Sequence record: MK817115.1
Source of the DNA: Escherichia phage vB_EcoM_phAPEC6
Reading direction: 5' to 3' (one strand)
DNA: 64,000 nt
Made by a program: the position numbers and the translations under genes. Position 1 is the stretch's first letter. The number at the start of each line of letters is the position of its first letter. Positions 45,769 to 58,230 of the stretch are shown here, piece by piece. The notes under the pieces were generated by a model. That model was not told the DNA's origin and ran no database searches. It saw nothing but the letters and a program-made list of their open reading frames with translations.

Positions 45769-46349
45769 AATGGTAACTCCTGTAGTGGTTTCATAATACC
45801 GAGTACTGGGTGATTTTCAATCATTGGTCGCCCTGGTACACCAGTGAGGATAACTGGGATAGAACTAATATCTTTTACATAGTTGAATCCCTCAAACGTG
45901 AACTCTTGTTTTTTCTCATTATACAATACCCATAGTATTACGTCAGCTTTTTTCTGGATATTTTTTAACTGTCGAGTACTAACACATGGTCCAAAGTCAG
46001 TCCATGATTTATACTTGATACCTTTTACTTCAATACGAAGGTTGTTTACCTTAATATCACATTCACCGTCACGTGCTTCATTTTGGAATGCTGGATCGAT
46101 ATTAAGTTTAATACCAGTATTGTTTTCAATTTCATTAAAAAGTACTAAAGATGCGTGCTCACATACCATACCAACAAAATGACTATGTGCATGATTAAAA
46201 CCATATGGCGATTTACTGGCTGGAGCCAAAAGTTTATATCGTTCTGATTTTTCAATCGCTTTTGCCATAAAAGAATCAGCTTCATCTTTATATAACTTAA
46301 CAGTCATTTTTCCATTTTTCAGTACTAATCTATTATCAATAACATTCAT
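45765..46349 (-). CDS. Hypothetical protein
   Basis: 194-aa ORF. Confidence 0.6.
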   Translation of the reverse strand: MNVIDNRLVLKNGKMTVKLYKDEADSFMAKAIEKSERYKLLAPASKSPYGFNHAHSHFVGMVCEHASLVLFNEIENNTGIKLNIDPAFQNEARDGECDIKVNNLRIEVKGIKYKSWTDFGPCVSTRQLKNIQKKADVILWVLYNEKKQEFTFEGFNYVKDISSIPVILTGVPGRPMIENHPVLGIMKPLQELPL

Positions 46350-46465
46350 AAAAACACCTCATTATTCATTCACTACATGATAACACCAAATCATACACCA
46401 GTCAAGCTCATTTTTTGGATATGCATAATAAATACGTTATAATAATTATACCAATGGAGGGATAA

Positions 46466-47620
46466 ATGTCAAGGTCAATTGCTGCGGCTGGACACTATAA
46501 GTTTGGTGAATGTGGTTATGTTGTTGATGGTGCAATCCTCAACGATGGAACTAGACTAAAAAATATTAGAATCTATCGCCAAAGAAGCCATAGATTATAT
46601 GATTTAATTGATCCAAGAACTAATATAATATATCGTAAAGTACAAATAACAACTAAAGATAATAAAGGTTATCTATTAAATTACAATAAAACTAATGACC
46701 AACTATTAAGTGAAATTAATAAAAATTGTTTCTTTGTTCGTGGATATTCTGAAGAGCCACAAGAAACTGATACTGGATTTGTATATAAATTTATGCTACA
46801 TAAAACAATTTTAGGTAGTTCACAAACCTTGTATCATATGTATACACCTGAATGTGGTATTATAGATCGTGATATAGATAATATTCTCATTTCACCAGTA
46901 TTTGTTGGTAATGACTCAATTAGTGGTAAATTATTCAACACTGGTTCAGAAATTGATACTAACGGTATGGTAATAACAATCGTATTACCAGACGGGACAG
47001 AATACTTTACTACCCAATTTGTTAATGATGCATTTACAATTCCAGTTGATGTTATCACACAATCAGGGAAAGGTACTGCTACGCTCACTTCTCCATATTA
47101 TAACACTAAAGTGGTGGAATTTGATGTTCTTGAAAGTGGTGAGGATATTGATTTTGTTACATCAGTTCTTCTATCCCAATTTGAACCTGTTTCGGAAGGT
47201 GTATTTTCTGCGGTTGTTCCATTTGATGTTCATGATCGTGGACAGTACTTAGCACTTCAAGCATACAGTGGTGACTTATATCAAGTTGGTGTAGATCTTT
47301 CTGTAGACGCAGAAGGTAATATTACTGTGTATCAAACTGATAATTTACCTGTTTCTTTGAGTATAATCGGAAAAACACTGCATACTACTCCTTTCCATAA
47401 AGAATATACTTTAAGTGAGTGGGTTCTCGGTGAAGACTCTATGTACTCTATCTCAGTTCCAGTAACTGAACATGGTAAAGCACTACCACAAGTTCAATTA
47501 TATTCTTCAGACAATCATGTAGTTCATAGTGAAATACAAGTGGATGAAGATGATAATGTAATTCTTAAAGTAGTAGAACCGCTTGACTGCTCAGTCGTAA
47601 TAGTTGGTTACAACGCATAA
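46466..47620 (+). CDS. Hypothetical 384-aa protein; only plus-strand gene inside the minus block
   Basis: GGAGGGA RBS before ATG; upstream TAATAAATA / TTATAAT boxes resemble the array cassette promoter; bidirectional hairpin downstream. Confidence 0.7.
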   Translation: MSRSIAAAGHYKFGECGYVVDGAILNDGTRLKNIRIYRQRSHRLYDLIDPRTNIIYRKVQITTKDNKGYLLNYNKTNDQLLSEINKNCFFVRGYSEEPQETDTGFVYKFMLHKTILGSSQTLYHMYTPECGIIDRDIDNILISPVFVGNDSISGKLFNTGSEIDTNGMVITIVLPDGTEYFTTQFVNDAFTIPVDVITQSGKGTATLTSPYYNTKVVEFDVLESGEDIDFVTSVLLSQFEPVSEGVFSAVVPFDVHDRGQYLALQAYSGDLYQVGVDLSVDAEGNITVYQTDNLPVSLSIIGKTLHTTPFHKEYTLSEWVLGEDSMYSISVPVTEHGKALPQVQLYSSDNHVVHSEIQVDEDDNVILKVVEPLDCSVVIVGYNA

Positions 47621-47622
47621 TA

Positions 47623-47648
47623 AAAAAAGCCACTACATTGTAGTGGCT
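47623..47648. terminator. Bidirectional terminator hairpin at a convergent junction
   Basis: AAAAAAAGCCACTACA-TTG-TAGTGGCTTTAATTTT: stem flanked by A-run and T-run. Confidence 0.65.
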
Positions 47649-47662
47649 TTAATTTTATCTAA

Positions 47663-48475
47663 TTATTTGAAATTGTCACGTAGAACTTCTTCAAGTGTTT
47701 TATCTGGATTGCTAATGGCTACATTATAAATCAATTCTTTAAATGCAGTTAGTGCCTGCTCAGTTGCTTCTGGACCAAAGTTCTCACTAATGCTTTTAAA
47801 CATACTTTGTGCACGTTCTGATTTGATACAACTAGTTACAAACTTGTCAATTTCATTACGAAGCTGCTTAGTTGTCATGTCACCAATGAGCATCTCACTA
47901 ATTTCTTTTGGTTCATCTGCACTTGTTCGGACATTCGTAAAACCAAACACATCATCACCTGAGCCAAAGCTACGTTTTTCTTTTTTAGTTTCTTTTACTG
48001 GTTCTTCTTCAACTTCTTGTTCGTATTCTTTAGTAAAGAGATGAGATAGTACATCATCAAGATTTTTAACCATACCATCAATACGAGATTCAGCATTCTT
48101 GGATACATGTTTGAATGCTTGCTCTAGTGCTTTTTCTTGAATCTGGTCACGAACATTATTAACTACATTACGAAGTTTTTCATTACAGTTGTCTAAAATT
48201 TCTAATACTTCACCAGTTTTGATTTTTTCCAAAAGTACATCTAAATCAGATTTTACATTTTGTTTTTGACTTACTTCACCATTAAGAATTGAATTCAATT
48301 CTTTAGCACCTTCAACTGCTTCTTCATGTGTTTTAAATTCAACTGGTACATCAACACCATCCAGTACAATATTAAGCACTTTACCATCAACGTAGGCGTA
48401 GGAGTAAGATGCTTTTTTGAAAGAAATAGTTTTGAAGAAAATGTTGCTCATATTGATATACTCCTTAGTGCCCAC
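47663..48475 (-). CDS. Hypothetical acidic protein
   Basis: 270-aa ORF, charged and likely helical. Confidence 0.6.
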   Translation of the reverse strand: MGTKEYINMSNIFFKTISFKKASYSYAYVDGKVLNIVLDGVDVPVEFKTHEEAVEGAKELNSILNGEVSQKQNVKSDLDVLLEKIKTGEVLEILDNCNEKLRNVVNNVRDQIQEKALEQAFKHVSKNAESRIDGMVKNLDDVLSHLFTKEYEQEVEEEPVKETKKEKRSFGSGDDVFGFTNVRTSADEPKEISEMLIGDMTTKQLRNEIDKFVTSCIKSERAQSMFKSISENFGPEATEQALTAFKELIYNVAISNPDKTLEEVLRDNFK

Positions 48476-48806
48476 TAGCTGGGAAGGTTTTAAACATATA
48501 GTGACATTGTACTAAATCATTGAACTTCAATCCGAAATCTTTAGTACCCATCAGTGTGTGATAAAAATAATGCGAAATTGTATTAGTTTCAGCGTCTTTA
48601 ATATAGATACCAAATTCGGTACAGCAAAACTGAACAACTTCATTATAACTTTCTAACTTGGAAATTACAAGTACTTGATCATAAGAATTTTTATCAAATC
48701 CAATGATGTACATTTCCTCTGTTTCTGGGTGTACAATCATCCCACCGCGAGAAATAATTTTCTCGAAGTTACTGCTCAAGTACTGAATTGTTGAACTTAA
48801 GTTCAT
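48465..48806 (-). CDS. Hypothetical protein
   Basis: 113-aa ORF. Confidence 0.55.
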   Translation of the reverse strand: MNLSSTIQYLSSNFEKIISRGGMIVHPETEEMYIIGFDKNSYDQVLVISKLESYNEVVQFCCTEFGIYIKDAETNTISHYFYHTLMGTKDFGLKFNDLVQCHYMFKTFPASGH

Positions 48807-49019
48807 TTACAACTCCTTACGTATTACTCGTCCGGTAAGATGTTCATCTGTACAGAACTTCATTATAAATGCTTTTAGATGGAAGTCTTCTAAAATTCTA
48901 TATGCTTGCGTTTTCATAACGACTTCCTTCTTCTCCACATCAACAATTATATCATGTTTCTCGTGAAGTTCCTGGATCATTTGATATGAATTCAAACTTA
49001 GTACGCTCATAACCACCAA
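48807..49019 (-). CDS. Hypothetical small protein
   Basis: 70-aa ORF; start uncertain because it overlaps 48952..49326. Confidence 0.4.
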   Translation of the reverse strand: MVVMSVLSLNSYQMIQELHEKHDIIVDVEKKEVVMKTQAYRILEDFHLKAFIMKFCTDEHLTGRVIRKEL

Positions 49020-49326
49020 TGTCCTCCATCTCCCACAAAATTTGAACTGCCACTTCTAATTCGTGGTGAATTTGAAAATAACCATTACTTGCAGTGTAGA
49101 TGTAGCCATTTTTAGTAATTGCATAACCCCACTTTTTACTTTGAGAATGCATCTCACGTTTCAACCCATAAGGGGAAGGTGGCTTCTTGACTGGTTCTGG
49201 TTCTCGGTTTTCGTTGTAAATCTCTTGTTCGATTCGCAACGCTTTATGATATGAGTATACATGAATCAGGCGACAAAGTACAATAGTAATGCAACAAATA
49301 ATTGTAAATGTGATCAAGCTCATCAA
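48952..49326 (-). CDS. Hypothetical protein with N-terminal TM segment
   Basis: 124-aa ORF. Confidence 0.5.
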   Translation of the reverse strand: MMSLITFTIICCITIVLCRLIHVYSYHKALRIEQEIYNENREPEPVKKPPSPYGLKREMHSQSKKWGYAITKNGYIYTASNGYFQIHHELEVAVQILWEMEDIGGYERTKFEFISNDPGTSRET

Positions 49327-49742
49327 TTTGCCCTCTGCCTAGATACATATTCATTAATTGCATCTTCCAAATCATACCCTGACATTTTTACATTATCAAT
49401 AGAAACATGATATTTTTTCAGCACTTTTTGTCCAGCAGTGTTCTCCCATATCGACCCATCAGGTTCAATATGAACTTTATGGTTCAGGATGAAATCAAAC
49501 ATTTCTTCTTTTGATAAGTTTGCTTTACGGGTTTCAATGTGATTAGTATTAAGTAATTCACGAGTATGTTTAATTCCATATTCAGTGTGCTCACCAACAC
49601 TACGATGCAAAACTTTTAACTGCTCGGCAGCAGTTTCTTCATCATAAACATGAATAGTTTCAGTACTATATAAAATATCCTGAATATTACCAGTACTTAC
49701 TTCTGTCCAAGTGTCTTTGAAATGAATTTTGATTGTTTTCAT
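49323..49742 (-). CDS. Hypothetical protein
   Basis: 139-aa ORF. Confidence 0.55.
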   Translation of the reverse strand: MKTIKIHFKDTWTEVSTGNIQDILYSTETIHVYDEETAAEQLKVLHRSVGEHTEYGIKHTRELLNTNHIETRKANLSKEEMFDFILNHKVHIEPDGSIWENTAGQKVLKKYHVSIDNVKMSGYDLEDAINEYVSRQRAN

Positions 49743-49753
49743 AGAAGCTCGTA

Positions 49754-50200
49754 TTAGTTATATGCTGTGAATAGGTCAATGTTTTTATCATCTACACTGA
49801 TTAATTTGCCAGTTGAACTAACAAACACAATATTTCCACCGGGCGTTAGTTGAACACGCTGGTTAACTGAATATTGCCCATTAAGGTTGTAATCAGCCCA
49901 TTCGACTACATAACGTTGAATAACACCGTTAGTATCATAAAGATAAACGTGTGTCACGTCACGCATTTTCAAACGTTCCAACAATGTAGAGTTATCCATG
50001 AAATCAGATGGTGTATTGCTGCGTAAAGCAATACCAAACTCACCGATAACAGTACTAATTGTCAGTCCGTTTGAAAAACGGCTACAAAGAGTCTTCTCAT
50101 CAGCAATATGCATCCATAAAACATTCTTTACATCAATATCAACAAATTCACAGTTTTCAAAAACCAAACCTACTTTGGAAACTTTACCATTAAATTGCAT
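49754..50200 (-). CDS. Hypothetical protein
   Basis: 148-aa ORF. Confidence 0.55.
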   Translation of the reverse strand: MQFNGKVSKVGLVFENCEFVDIDVKNVLWMHIADEKTLCSRFSNGLTISTVIGEFGIALRSNTPSDFMDNSTLLERLKMRDVTHVYLYDTNGVIQRYVVEWADYNLNGQYSVNQRVQLTPGGNIVFVSSTGKLISVDDKNIDLFTAYN

Positions 50201-50600
50201 TAGTAACTCCTATTTTTTTATATTTTAAAATTAAATCACTCACGGCTTTCATTAGATTATATGGAATAGCTAACTCTTTAACAGTACTATCCATAAAATG
50301 TTCTTCTTCGGTATCATAAAATGTTGAACTATAGTGTTCACAATCATTTATACTATCATAAAAAGAAGACGTAAGTTTATCGACAATGACAGTGATTTGT
50401 TTACCAGTTTTGGTATATCCTACCTGAACGGTTAATCCAATATCATCAGCCTCTACACGAATTATAAACGAATTATTAGTATAGTTCAGCCAACAATCTT
50501 CACCAAAGTATACAACACTGTGTTTCTTCTGAAATGAAGTTGCGGTGTTAAGAACGCCAATAGCAACATCAACTGTTTTTTCATTTAAAATATTAGACAT
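50190..50600 (-). CDS. Hypothetical protein
   Basis: Start set to ATG 50600 (AGGAA RBS) to reduce overlap with upstream gene. Confidence 0.5.
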   Translation of the reverse strand: MSNILNEKTVDVAIGVLNTATSFQKKHSVVYFGEDCWLNYTNNSFIIRVEADDIGLTVQVGYTKTGKQITVIVDKLTSSFYDSINDCEHYSSTFYDTEEEHFMDSTVKELAIPYNLMKAVSDLILKYKKIGVTNAI

Positions 50601-51009
50601 TTGTGTTCCTGCTTCGTATGTTTCGTGAAATCTCAAAAATACCATTCAACTGTTCAACAGTTAAACCCTGTAAATCATAAACAGTTGATAGTTGAAAGAA
50701 AAGTTCTGAATCTATACTATCATGTTCAATTGGAAGATTCAAGAGGTCTTTGTTAATAAAATAATCATATGTTCGAATTGTCAAAGAATCACCAAAGATA
50801 TCAATGTAAAATTTCGGAACATTATGTAACGAAACATCTATTAATATGTTTTCAGCATATCTACAAGAAATTTTAGAATTATTTTTATAAGATTGGTATG
50901 AAAAATTATAAGGTTCATCGACCAATGTGTATGATGAGGTATCACCTTCGGAAAATATTACACCACATTCAATAAGATGTGTTAACGACTTAGGTGGAAT
51001 TTTTAACAT
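50593..51009 (-). CDS. Hypothetical protein
   Basis: 138-aa ORF. Confidence 0.55.
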   Translation of the reverse strand: MLKIPPKSLTHLIECGVIFSEGDTSSYTLVDEPYNFSYQSYKNNSKISCRYAENILIDVSLHNVPKFYIDIFGDSLTIRTYDYFINKDLLNLPIEHDSIDSELFFQLSTVYDLQGLTVEQLNGIFEISRNIRSRNTNV

Positions 51010-51010
51010 T

Positions 51011-51439
51011 TCACTTCCTATCCTTACTCATATTACTACGGATCACCCCACTAAGAAAACATATTTTCCTTAATGTATCATAACTGATATTTGTAAGATC
51101 ATGTACAAAATTCAACTGCAAGTACATTTCTTCAGTTAATTGATTAAATGTATCATCAACACAAATGTTAGTATGTTCCGTTATATCTATTTCTATATTA
51201 TTTTCCCAAATATCAATGCTAACAGCATAGTCTGATGTATGTCTGGATTGAACTGAAATAAAAATATTATTACTGTTGTATAATGTCTCGGTGTATCCAT
51301 TCAAAAATGATCCAACGACAACATCAAAAATGCCATCTCTAATTGGATTTTTTGTTTCAAACGTATCACTACAAACTTGACGGTATACAATGTCAACATA
51401 CTTATCAATTAAAGTAAACAAATAACTCATTGCATTCAC
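51011..51439 (-). CDS. Hypothetical protein
   Basis: 142-aa ORF. Confidence 0.55.
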   Translation of the reverse strand: MNAMSYLFTLIDKYVDIVYRQVCSDTFETKNPIRDGIFDVVVGSFLNGYTETLYNSNNIFISVQSRHTSDYAVSIDIWENNIEIDITEHTNICVDDTFNQLTEEMYLQLNFVHDLTNISYDTLRKICFLSGVIRSNMSKDRK

Positions 51440-51446
51440 CTATATA

Positions 51447-51472
51447 AGAAAAAAGGCCGATTCATCGAATCA
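51447..51472 (-). terminator. Hairpin + U-run terminator
   Basis: Minus strand: GGCTGATTCGATGAATCGGCC followed by TTTTTTC. Confidence 0.5.
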
Positions 51473-51664
51473 GCCTTAAGTATAACACAGTAGAAGTTAA
51501 AAAGTCAACTTCTAAATTACAGCATCCAAGAGGAATAAAAAGATACTGTTAGAGGGTAACGAATATAATGAATTTGAGGGTAATATCATTATACGTAAAA
51601 AAGTGATAGCTTCTATACATAAGGAGGAATCAGTACTGACTAGAAGCTATCGGGTTAAACGATT

Positions 51665-51949
51665 TCAGTACTGAGTGTTTAGTTTAGGATGAGTATTTCC
51701 ATCTTCGATTTGTTTTAGAATCGAGTCACGAATTTCTACTGCCCCTTGATAACTATATTTATCTTTTGGGATCACCCATGTATATTCGCCATCAGTGGTT
51801 TTAAAATCAATACATGGATTATCCCTGTATTCAGATGCAATGATTGCAATAACATGTAATGAATTCAATGAATGATTTGTATAAGGATAATTGTTATTAT
51901 CTCTGAACGTGAATGTTTTAAGTTCATCAGGTGCAACAATGAATTCCAT
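51665..51949 (-). CDS. Hypothetical protein
   Basis: 94-aa ORF. Confidence 0.55.
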   Translation of the reverse strand: MEFIVAPDELKTFTFRDNNNYPYTNHSLNSLHVIAIIASEYRDNPCIDFKTTDGEYTWVIPKDKYSYQGAVEIRDSILKQIEDGNTHPKLNTQY

Positions 51950-52140
51950 TATTCATCCTCGTACTTCTTGAATGGTGGAACATCTACCTTGAAGTCTTTG
52001 CACATCTTAGTTGTACGAACTTCAGTACCGTTGTGATAATTTTTCTTAAATTCATAAGAAACATAATTACGAATACCAGGTGTATGAATAATAGCAAGAA
52101 CCAATGTACGACCAAACAAGCATAATAAATTCCAGAACAT
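51949..52140 (-). CDS. Hypothetical small protein with N-terminal hydrophobic segment
   Basis: 63-aa ORF. Confidence 0.45.
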   Translation of the reverse strand: MFWNLLCLFGRTLVLAIIHTPGIRNYVSYEFKKNYHNGTEVRTTKMCKDFKVDVPPFKKYEDE

Positions 52141-52149
52141 ATGAATCTC

Positions 52150-52515
52150 CTAATTGTGGGTTTTAACCAAACGTGAGACAGCTAGTATAGCATTAACCTC
52201 ATCCAATGTCAACCCACCAATGTCATTAATCATTGAGTACTGAAATAGTGATTCTTCAGTGTAATGGTAATCATGAGAAGCAATAAAGATTGCTGGTTTA
52301 GAGGCATCCAAAATTATCTTTGTCATTGTACTATATATATCAAATTGATATAATAGATTTTCACCTGTATATGCTACGTAGATATTATTTGAATAGGCTG
52401 GATGTACCATTGTAAAACCATCATAACATAATATTTTTATGTTCGGATCGTCAAAATTGCCTGTATAAAGGTTATTACAAACATCTTGCATTATACGTAC
52501 TATTAGACTAGTCAT
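52150..52515 (-). CDS. Hypothetical protein
   Basis: 121-aa ORF. Confidence 0.55.
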   Translation of the reverse strand: MTSLIVRIMQDVCNNLYTGNFDDPNIKILCYDGFTMVHPAYSNNIYVAYTGENLLYQFDIYSTMTKIILDASKPAIFIASHDYHYTEESLFQYSMINDIGGLTLDEVNAILAVSRLVKTHN

Positions 52516-52933
52516 TTAATGGATTTAGTACCTCTTCTGGAATCAACTTTTGAACTTTAAGTATAGCTTTAATGTCCTCAAATGTTAATCCTAATATGTC
52601 GTTAAGGAGGCAGTACTGGAAGAATTTTTCTTCAGTATCAATATCGTTAACATTCAATTCAATTGATTCATCATCATAATCATAATCTTCATTATCACAT
52701 TCATAACTTCTGAATATAACTTTTTCAAAATACACATCAAATGAATAAAAATGATTATTGAATTCATAACCAAGAAAAATATTAAAACATTTACTCAAAT
52801 CTGTGGTTTGATTCAAATCTGGATCATAGCAAAATACTCTAACTTCACCAATATCTTCTAATTGTACATCATGCAGTGACCATGCGTTGTTTTTTAATAC
52901 ATAGTTCACCATTTTAACAATGTTGTATGTCAT
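52508..52933 (-). CDS. Hypothetical acidic protein
   Basis: 141-aa ORF. Confidence 0.55.
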   Translation of the reverse strand: MTYNIVKMVNYVLKNNAWSLHDVQLEDIGEVRVFCYDPDLNQTTDLSKCFNIFLGYEFNNHFYSFDVYFEKVIFRSYECDNEDYDYDDESIELNVNDIDTEEKFFQYCLLNDILGLTFEDIKAILKVQKLIPEEVLNPLND

Positions 52934-52939
52934 AGTGTA

Positions 52940-53029
<90 letters not shown>

Positions 53030-53041
53030 AGAAGTAAGATA

Positions 53042-53142
<101 letters not shown>

Positions 53143-53194
53143 GCCAAGAGTCGGCATAGGTGCAGCACTACAAAGTTCTTCAAGCTGCTTGGTA

Positions 53195-53226
<32 letters not shown>

Positions 53227-53227
53227 T

Positions 53228-53284
<57 letters not shown>

Positions 53285-53286
53285 TA

Positions 53287-53414
<128 letters not shown>

Positions 53415-53433
53415 GCATACTCGAAGTACCTCT

Positions 53434-53471
<38 letters not shown>

Positions 53472-53472
53472 A

Positions 53473-53837
<365 letters not shown>

Positions 53838-53846
53838 TAATACCCG

Positions 53847-54248
53847 CTAGTAGTTTAAGTCTGCGGCGTTGAATACACCAAGTGAAGTCTTACCACGTAG
53901 TTTAGGTGAAAGGACATACTTTGTCAATTTCTTTTTACCGTACCAGCGATTGAATTCGTCTTCAGTGACATATGGGTTCTGGAAATCGTATTCGCGTTTC
54001 TTATGCAGTTCTTTAGCACGTTCTGCAATCTTGGTTCGTTGGTCTTCTGGAATGTCGAATGTATTGTTACGTTCACACCATTCGTGCTCTAATGCACCCT
54101 GAAGAAACTGTTCGGTTTCTTTGACTAGAGTGATTTTAGTCAAGCCTTTTTCGATGTTCATATAATCATCGACGTATCCATTCCAAATAACAATCTCTGG
54201 ATTGCCGTCAATTTCTTGAAGCATTTTGATCAAGTCATTCTTTTTCAT
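53847..54248 (-). CDS. Hypothetical protein
   Basis: 133-aa ORF. Confidence 0.55.
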   Translation of the reverse strand: MKKNDLIKMLQEIDGNPEIVIWNGYVDDYMNIEKGLTKITLVKETEQFLQGALEHEWCERNNTFDIPEDQRTKIAERAKELHKKREYDFQNPYVTEDEFNRWYGKKKLTKYVLSPKLRGKTSLGVFNAADLNY

Positions 54249-54256
54249 TTAAATTC

Positions 54257-54514
<258 letters not shown>

Positions 54515-54535
54515 TTATACCTCTCATTGTTTATG

Positions 54536-54607
<72 letters not shown>

Positions 54608-54611
54608 TAAT

Positions 54612-55219
<608 letters not shown>

Positions 55220-55270
55220 ATAAACCTCACTATACGTAACTTACACCATATACGTCTGATTGTGGAATTC

Positions 55271-55295
55271 ATTATATCAGTACTGAACTATTTAG

Positions 55296-55299
<4 letters not shown>
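55271..55299 (-). promoter_or_regulatory. Sigma70-like early promoter with CAGTACTG spacer
   Basis: Minus strand: TTGACT-aaatagttCAGTACTGa-TATAAT; 25-nt core repeated at 54816, 55277 and 55687. Confidence 0.6.
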
Positions 55300-55709
<410 letters not shown>

Positions 55710-55718
55710 CTTTTTTTT

Positions 55719-55880
<162 letters not shown>

Positions 55881-55884
<4 letters not shown>

Positions 55885-56045
55885 AATCGTACCAGTAGTT
55901 CAATTAAGTACATTTCATATGCTGGATCGTTGATAAGTTTATCATACAGATGTGGCTCTGAAATGAATTCCCAATGATACTTTAGCCATCTACCGATACC
56001 CGAATATCTAAAATTAATGTCATTCATCCATTCTTCATGTGTCAT
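55881..56045 (-). CDS. MTHEEW-family small protein, copy 2 (54 aa; not in ORF track)
   Basis: MTHEEWMNDINFRYSGIGRWLKYHWEF...; tandem repeat unit ~162 bp; start overlaps stop of copy 3. Confidence 0.5.
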
Positions 56046-56206
56046 AATCGTACCATTATTTCAATAAAGAACCACGGATACACTTCATGATTCATAAGTT
56101 TATCGTATTCTGCTGGGTCTGATATGATTTCCCAATGATACTTTAGCCAACTACCGATACCCGAATATCTAAAATTAATGTCATTCATCCATTCTTCATG
56201 CGTCAT
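56042..56206 (-). CDS. MTHEEW-family small protein, copy 3 (54 aa; not in ORF track)
   Basis: MTHEEWMNDINFRYSGIGSWLKYHWEI...; near-identical to copy 2. Confidence 0.5.
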   Translation of the reverse strand: MTHEEWMNDINFRYSGIGSWLKYHWEIISDPAEYDKLMNHEVYPWFFIEIMVRL

Positions 56207-56229
56207 GGTTTTTAACCTTTAATTAAAAT

Positions 56230-56306
56230 TGGCCGAGGTAGAGGGACTTGAACCCCCAACCTAGAGATTAGAATTCTCTTGCACTATCCAATTGTGCTAT
56301 ACCCCG
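56230..56306 (-). tRNA. tRNA-Arg (anticodon UCU), CCA encoded
   Basis: D-arm GCAC..GTGC, anticodon stem-loop AGAGA-AUUCUAA-UCUCU, T-arm GGGGG-TTCAAGT-CCCTC, 3' GCCA. Confidence 0.75.
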
Positions 56307-56310
56307 TATT

Positions 56311-56426
<116 letters not shown>

Positions 56427-56459
56427 ATGTTATGTCCCATTATATAATGAATTAATGAT

Positions 56460-56678
56460 TTATGCAAGTGCTTTAGATACACCGACACCAATAATTCCAG
56501 TGATATCGATATGGATATTGGCAAGTTGATTACTATCATATGGGTTTGTTTCTGTAATAACCAATGTTGTATCATTGACTAAAACCACAGTACCTTTTAC
56601 ACGATAACCATGTAGTAGTACTTGAACCTCATCTTCAGGTTTTAATGATTGAATAACTTCAAATAAAGTTGTTTCCAT
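56460..56678 (-). CDS. Hypothetical small protein
   Basis: Start set to ATG 56678 (AAGGAA RBS; METTLFEV...); the longer ORF-track form overlaps the neighbour by 92 nt. Confidence 0.45.
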   Translation of the reverse strand: METTLFEVIQSLKPEDEVQVLLHGYRVKGTVVLVNDTTLVITETNPYDSNQLANIHIDITGIIGVGVSKALA

Positions 56679-56694
56679 TTTTTGTATTCCTTGT

Positions 56695-56877
56695 TTAGTT
56701 TTGATTATTTGACTTTCTAAATGCCAGTTCGCATATAAACCAGGGTTTTCTGGTATCCAAAACATATGACCTGAAAAGATTTTCATCTCTTAATATATCA
56801 TAATGTACCTGACGAATGCCATTCCCAAAGCAGTCATGTTCTTTATGCTGTTTGGACATCCATTCTTCGTGTGTCAT
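56695..56877 (-). CDS. MTHEEW-family small protein, copy 4
   Basis: ATG at 56877 gives MTHEEWMSKQHKEHDCFGNGIRQVHYDIL...; the ORF-track start at 56895 appears to be a TTG codon. Confidence 0.55.
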   Translation of the reverse strand: MTHEEWMSKQHKEHDCFGNGIRQVHYDILRDENLFRSYVLDTRKPWFICELAFRKSNNQN

Positions 56878-56878
56878 T

Positions 56879-57214
<336 letters not shown>

Positions 57215-57219
57215 TCTTA

Positions 57220-57396
57220 CTATTTTTTATCTCTAATAGCAAGCTCGTAGATGAACCAGTGGTTGGAATCTTCGTCCAAAACCAATGATTCGAACGTTTT
57301 TTTATCGTTCAAAACATCATAATGGCCTTGGCGTATACCAAATCCAAAATGATCATGTTTATATTTTAGTGACTCTATCCATTCTTCATGTGTCAT
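57220..57396 (-). CDS. MTHEEW-family small protein, copy 5
   Basis: ATG at 57396 gives MTHEEWIESLKYKHDHFGFGIRQGHYDVL...WFIYELAIRDKK. Confidence 0.55.
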   Translation of the reverse strand: MTHEEWIESLKYKHDHFGFGIRQGHYDVLNDKKTFESLVLDEDSNHWFIYELAIRDKK

Positions 57397-57475
57397 TTTA
57401 TGTATCCAGTTCAATTAAGTGTTTCATTTATTCTTCTGTAAAGAAAGCATTGCAATGGACAATGGAAAAGGTTAT

Positions 57476-57654
57476 TATATTTTTTTGTCTCTAACCGCAA
57501 GCTCATAGATGAACCAACGATTTCCATTCTCATCTAGTACATATGATTCGAACTTATATTTGTCTCGTAAAATATCGAAATGACCATCAATAAATCCATT
57601 TCCAAACTGGTCATAACGTTTTTTCATCATTGCCATCCATTCTTCATGTGTCAT
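57476..57654 (-). pseudogene. MTHEEW-family copy 6 with a 1-nt frame disruption
   Basis: MTHEEWMAMMKKRYDQFG, then homology to copy 5 (GFIDGHFDILRDKYKFESYVLDENGNRWFIYELAVRDKK) continues only in a shifted frame. Confidence 0.45.
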
Positions 57655-57836
57655 CTCTTAATATCCATAACGGCTATACTAAAATATGTACCAAAATCAT
57701 CACAATTGATAATGTTGTTATAGTACTCAATTGGGTTACGCAATGATATATACAATTCAAGCTTAAAATAGTATATATCTGCTGCATTTATATTATAGTG
57801 TAGATTAAACCACTCATCAAATGTCTTAGGCTGCAT
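57651..57836 (-). CDS. Hypothetical small protein
   Basis: 61-aa ORF; stop overlaps the start of the following MTHEEW copy. Confidence 0.45.
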   Translation of the reverse strand: MQPKTFDEWFNLHYNINAADIYYFKLELYISLRNPIEYYNNIINCDDFGTYFSIAVMDIKR

Positions 57837-58230
57837 TATATTTATCTTTATAAAAATCCATGATTTTAGTCAACAGTACTGCAATCGTATAATCTAAATC
57901 AGGATAAAGTAAATTGTACTGAAATTCTTCCTCAACACTATAGTTAGTGGTACAGTACTGGTAATCTTTATAACCTATTGAAAAATAATTCGGATACAAT
58001 GTACAACGAAAGCGATAAGCTTCATCTGTCATATAATCATTGTATTCAACACAGAAGTATAGTGATTTTGAATTTAATTCGATAAGCTCCACGAAACCAT
58101 CTGGTAATGAATGATTATAAATGGTATTATCATTATTAAACCATTCATAATATTTTTCTAAAAAATCACTAATAGATACATCAAGACTTTGTATAGGTGG
58201 AGTTATGATAATTTGAACTTCGTTATTCAT
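57826..58230 (-). CDS. Hypothetical acidic protein
   Basis: 134-aa ORF. Confidence 0.55.
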   Translation of the reverse strand: MNNEVQIIITPPIQSLDVSISDFLEKYYEWFNNDNTIYNHSLPDGFVELIELNSKSLYFCVEYNDYMTDEAYRFRCTLYPNYFSIGYKDYQYCTTNYSVEEEFQYNLLYPDLDYTIAVLLTKIMDFYKDKYNAA

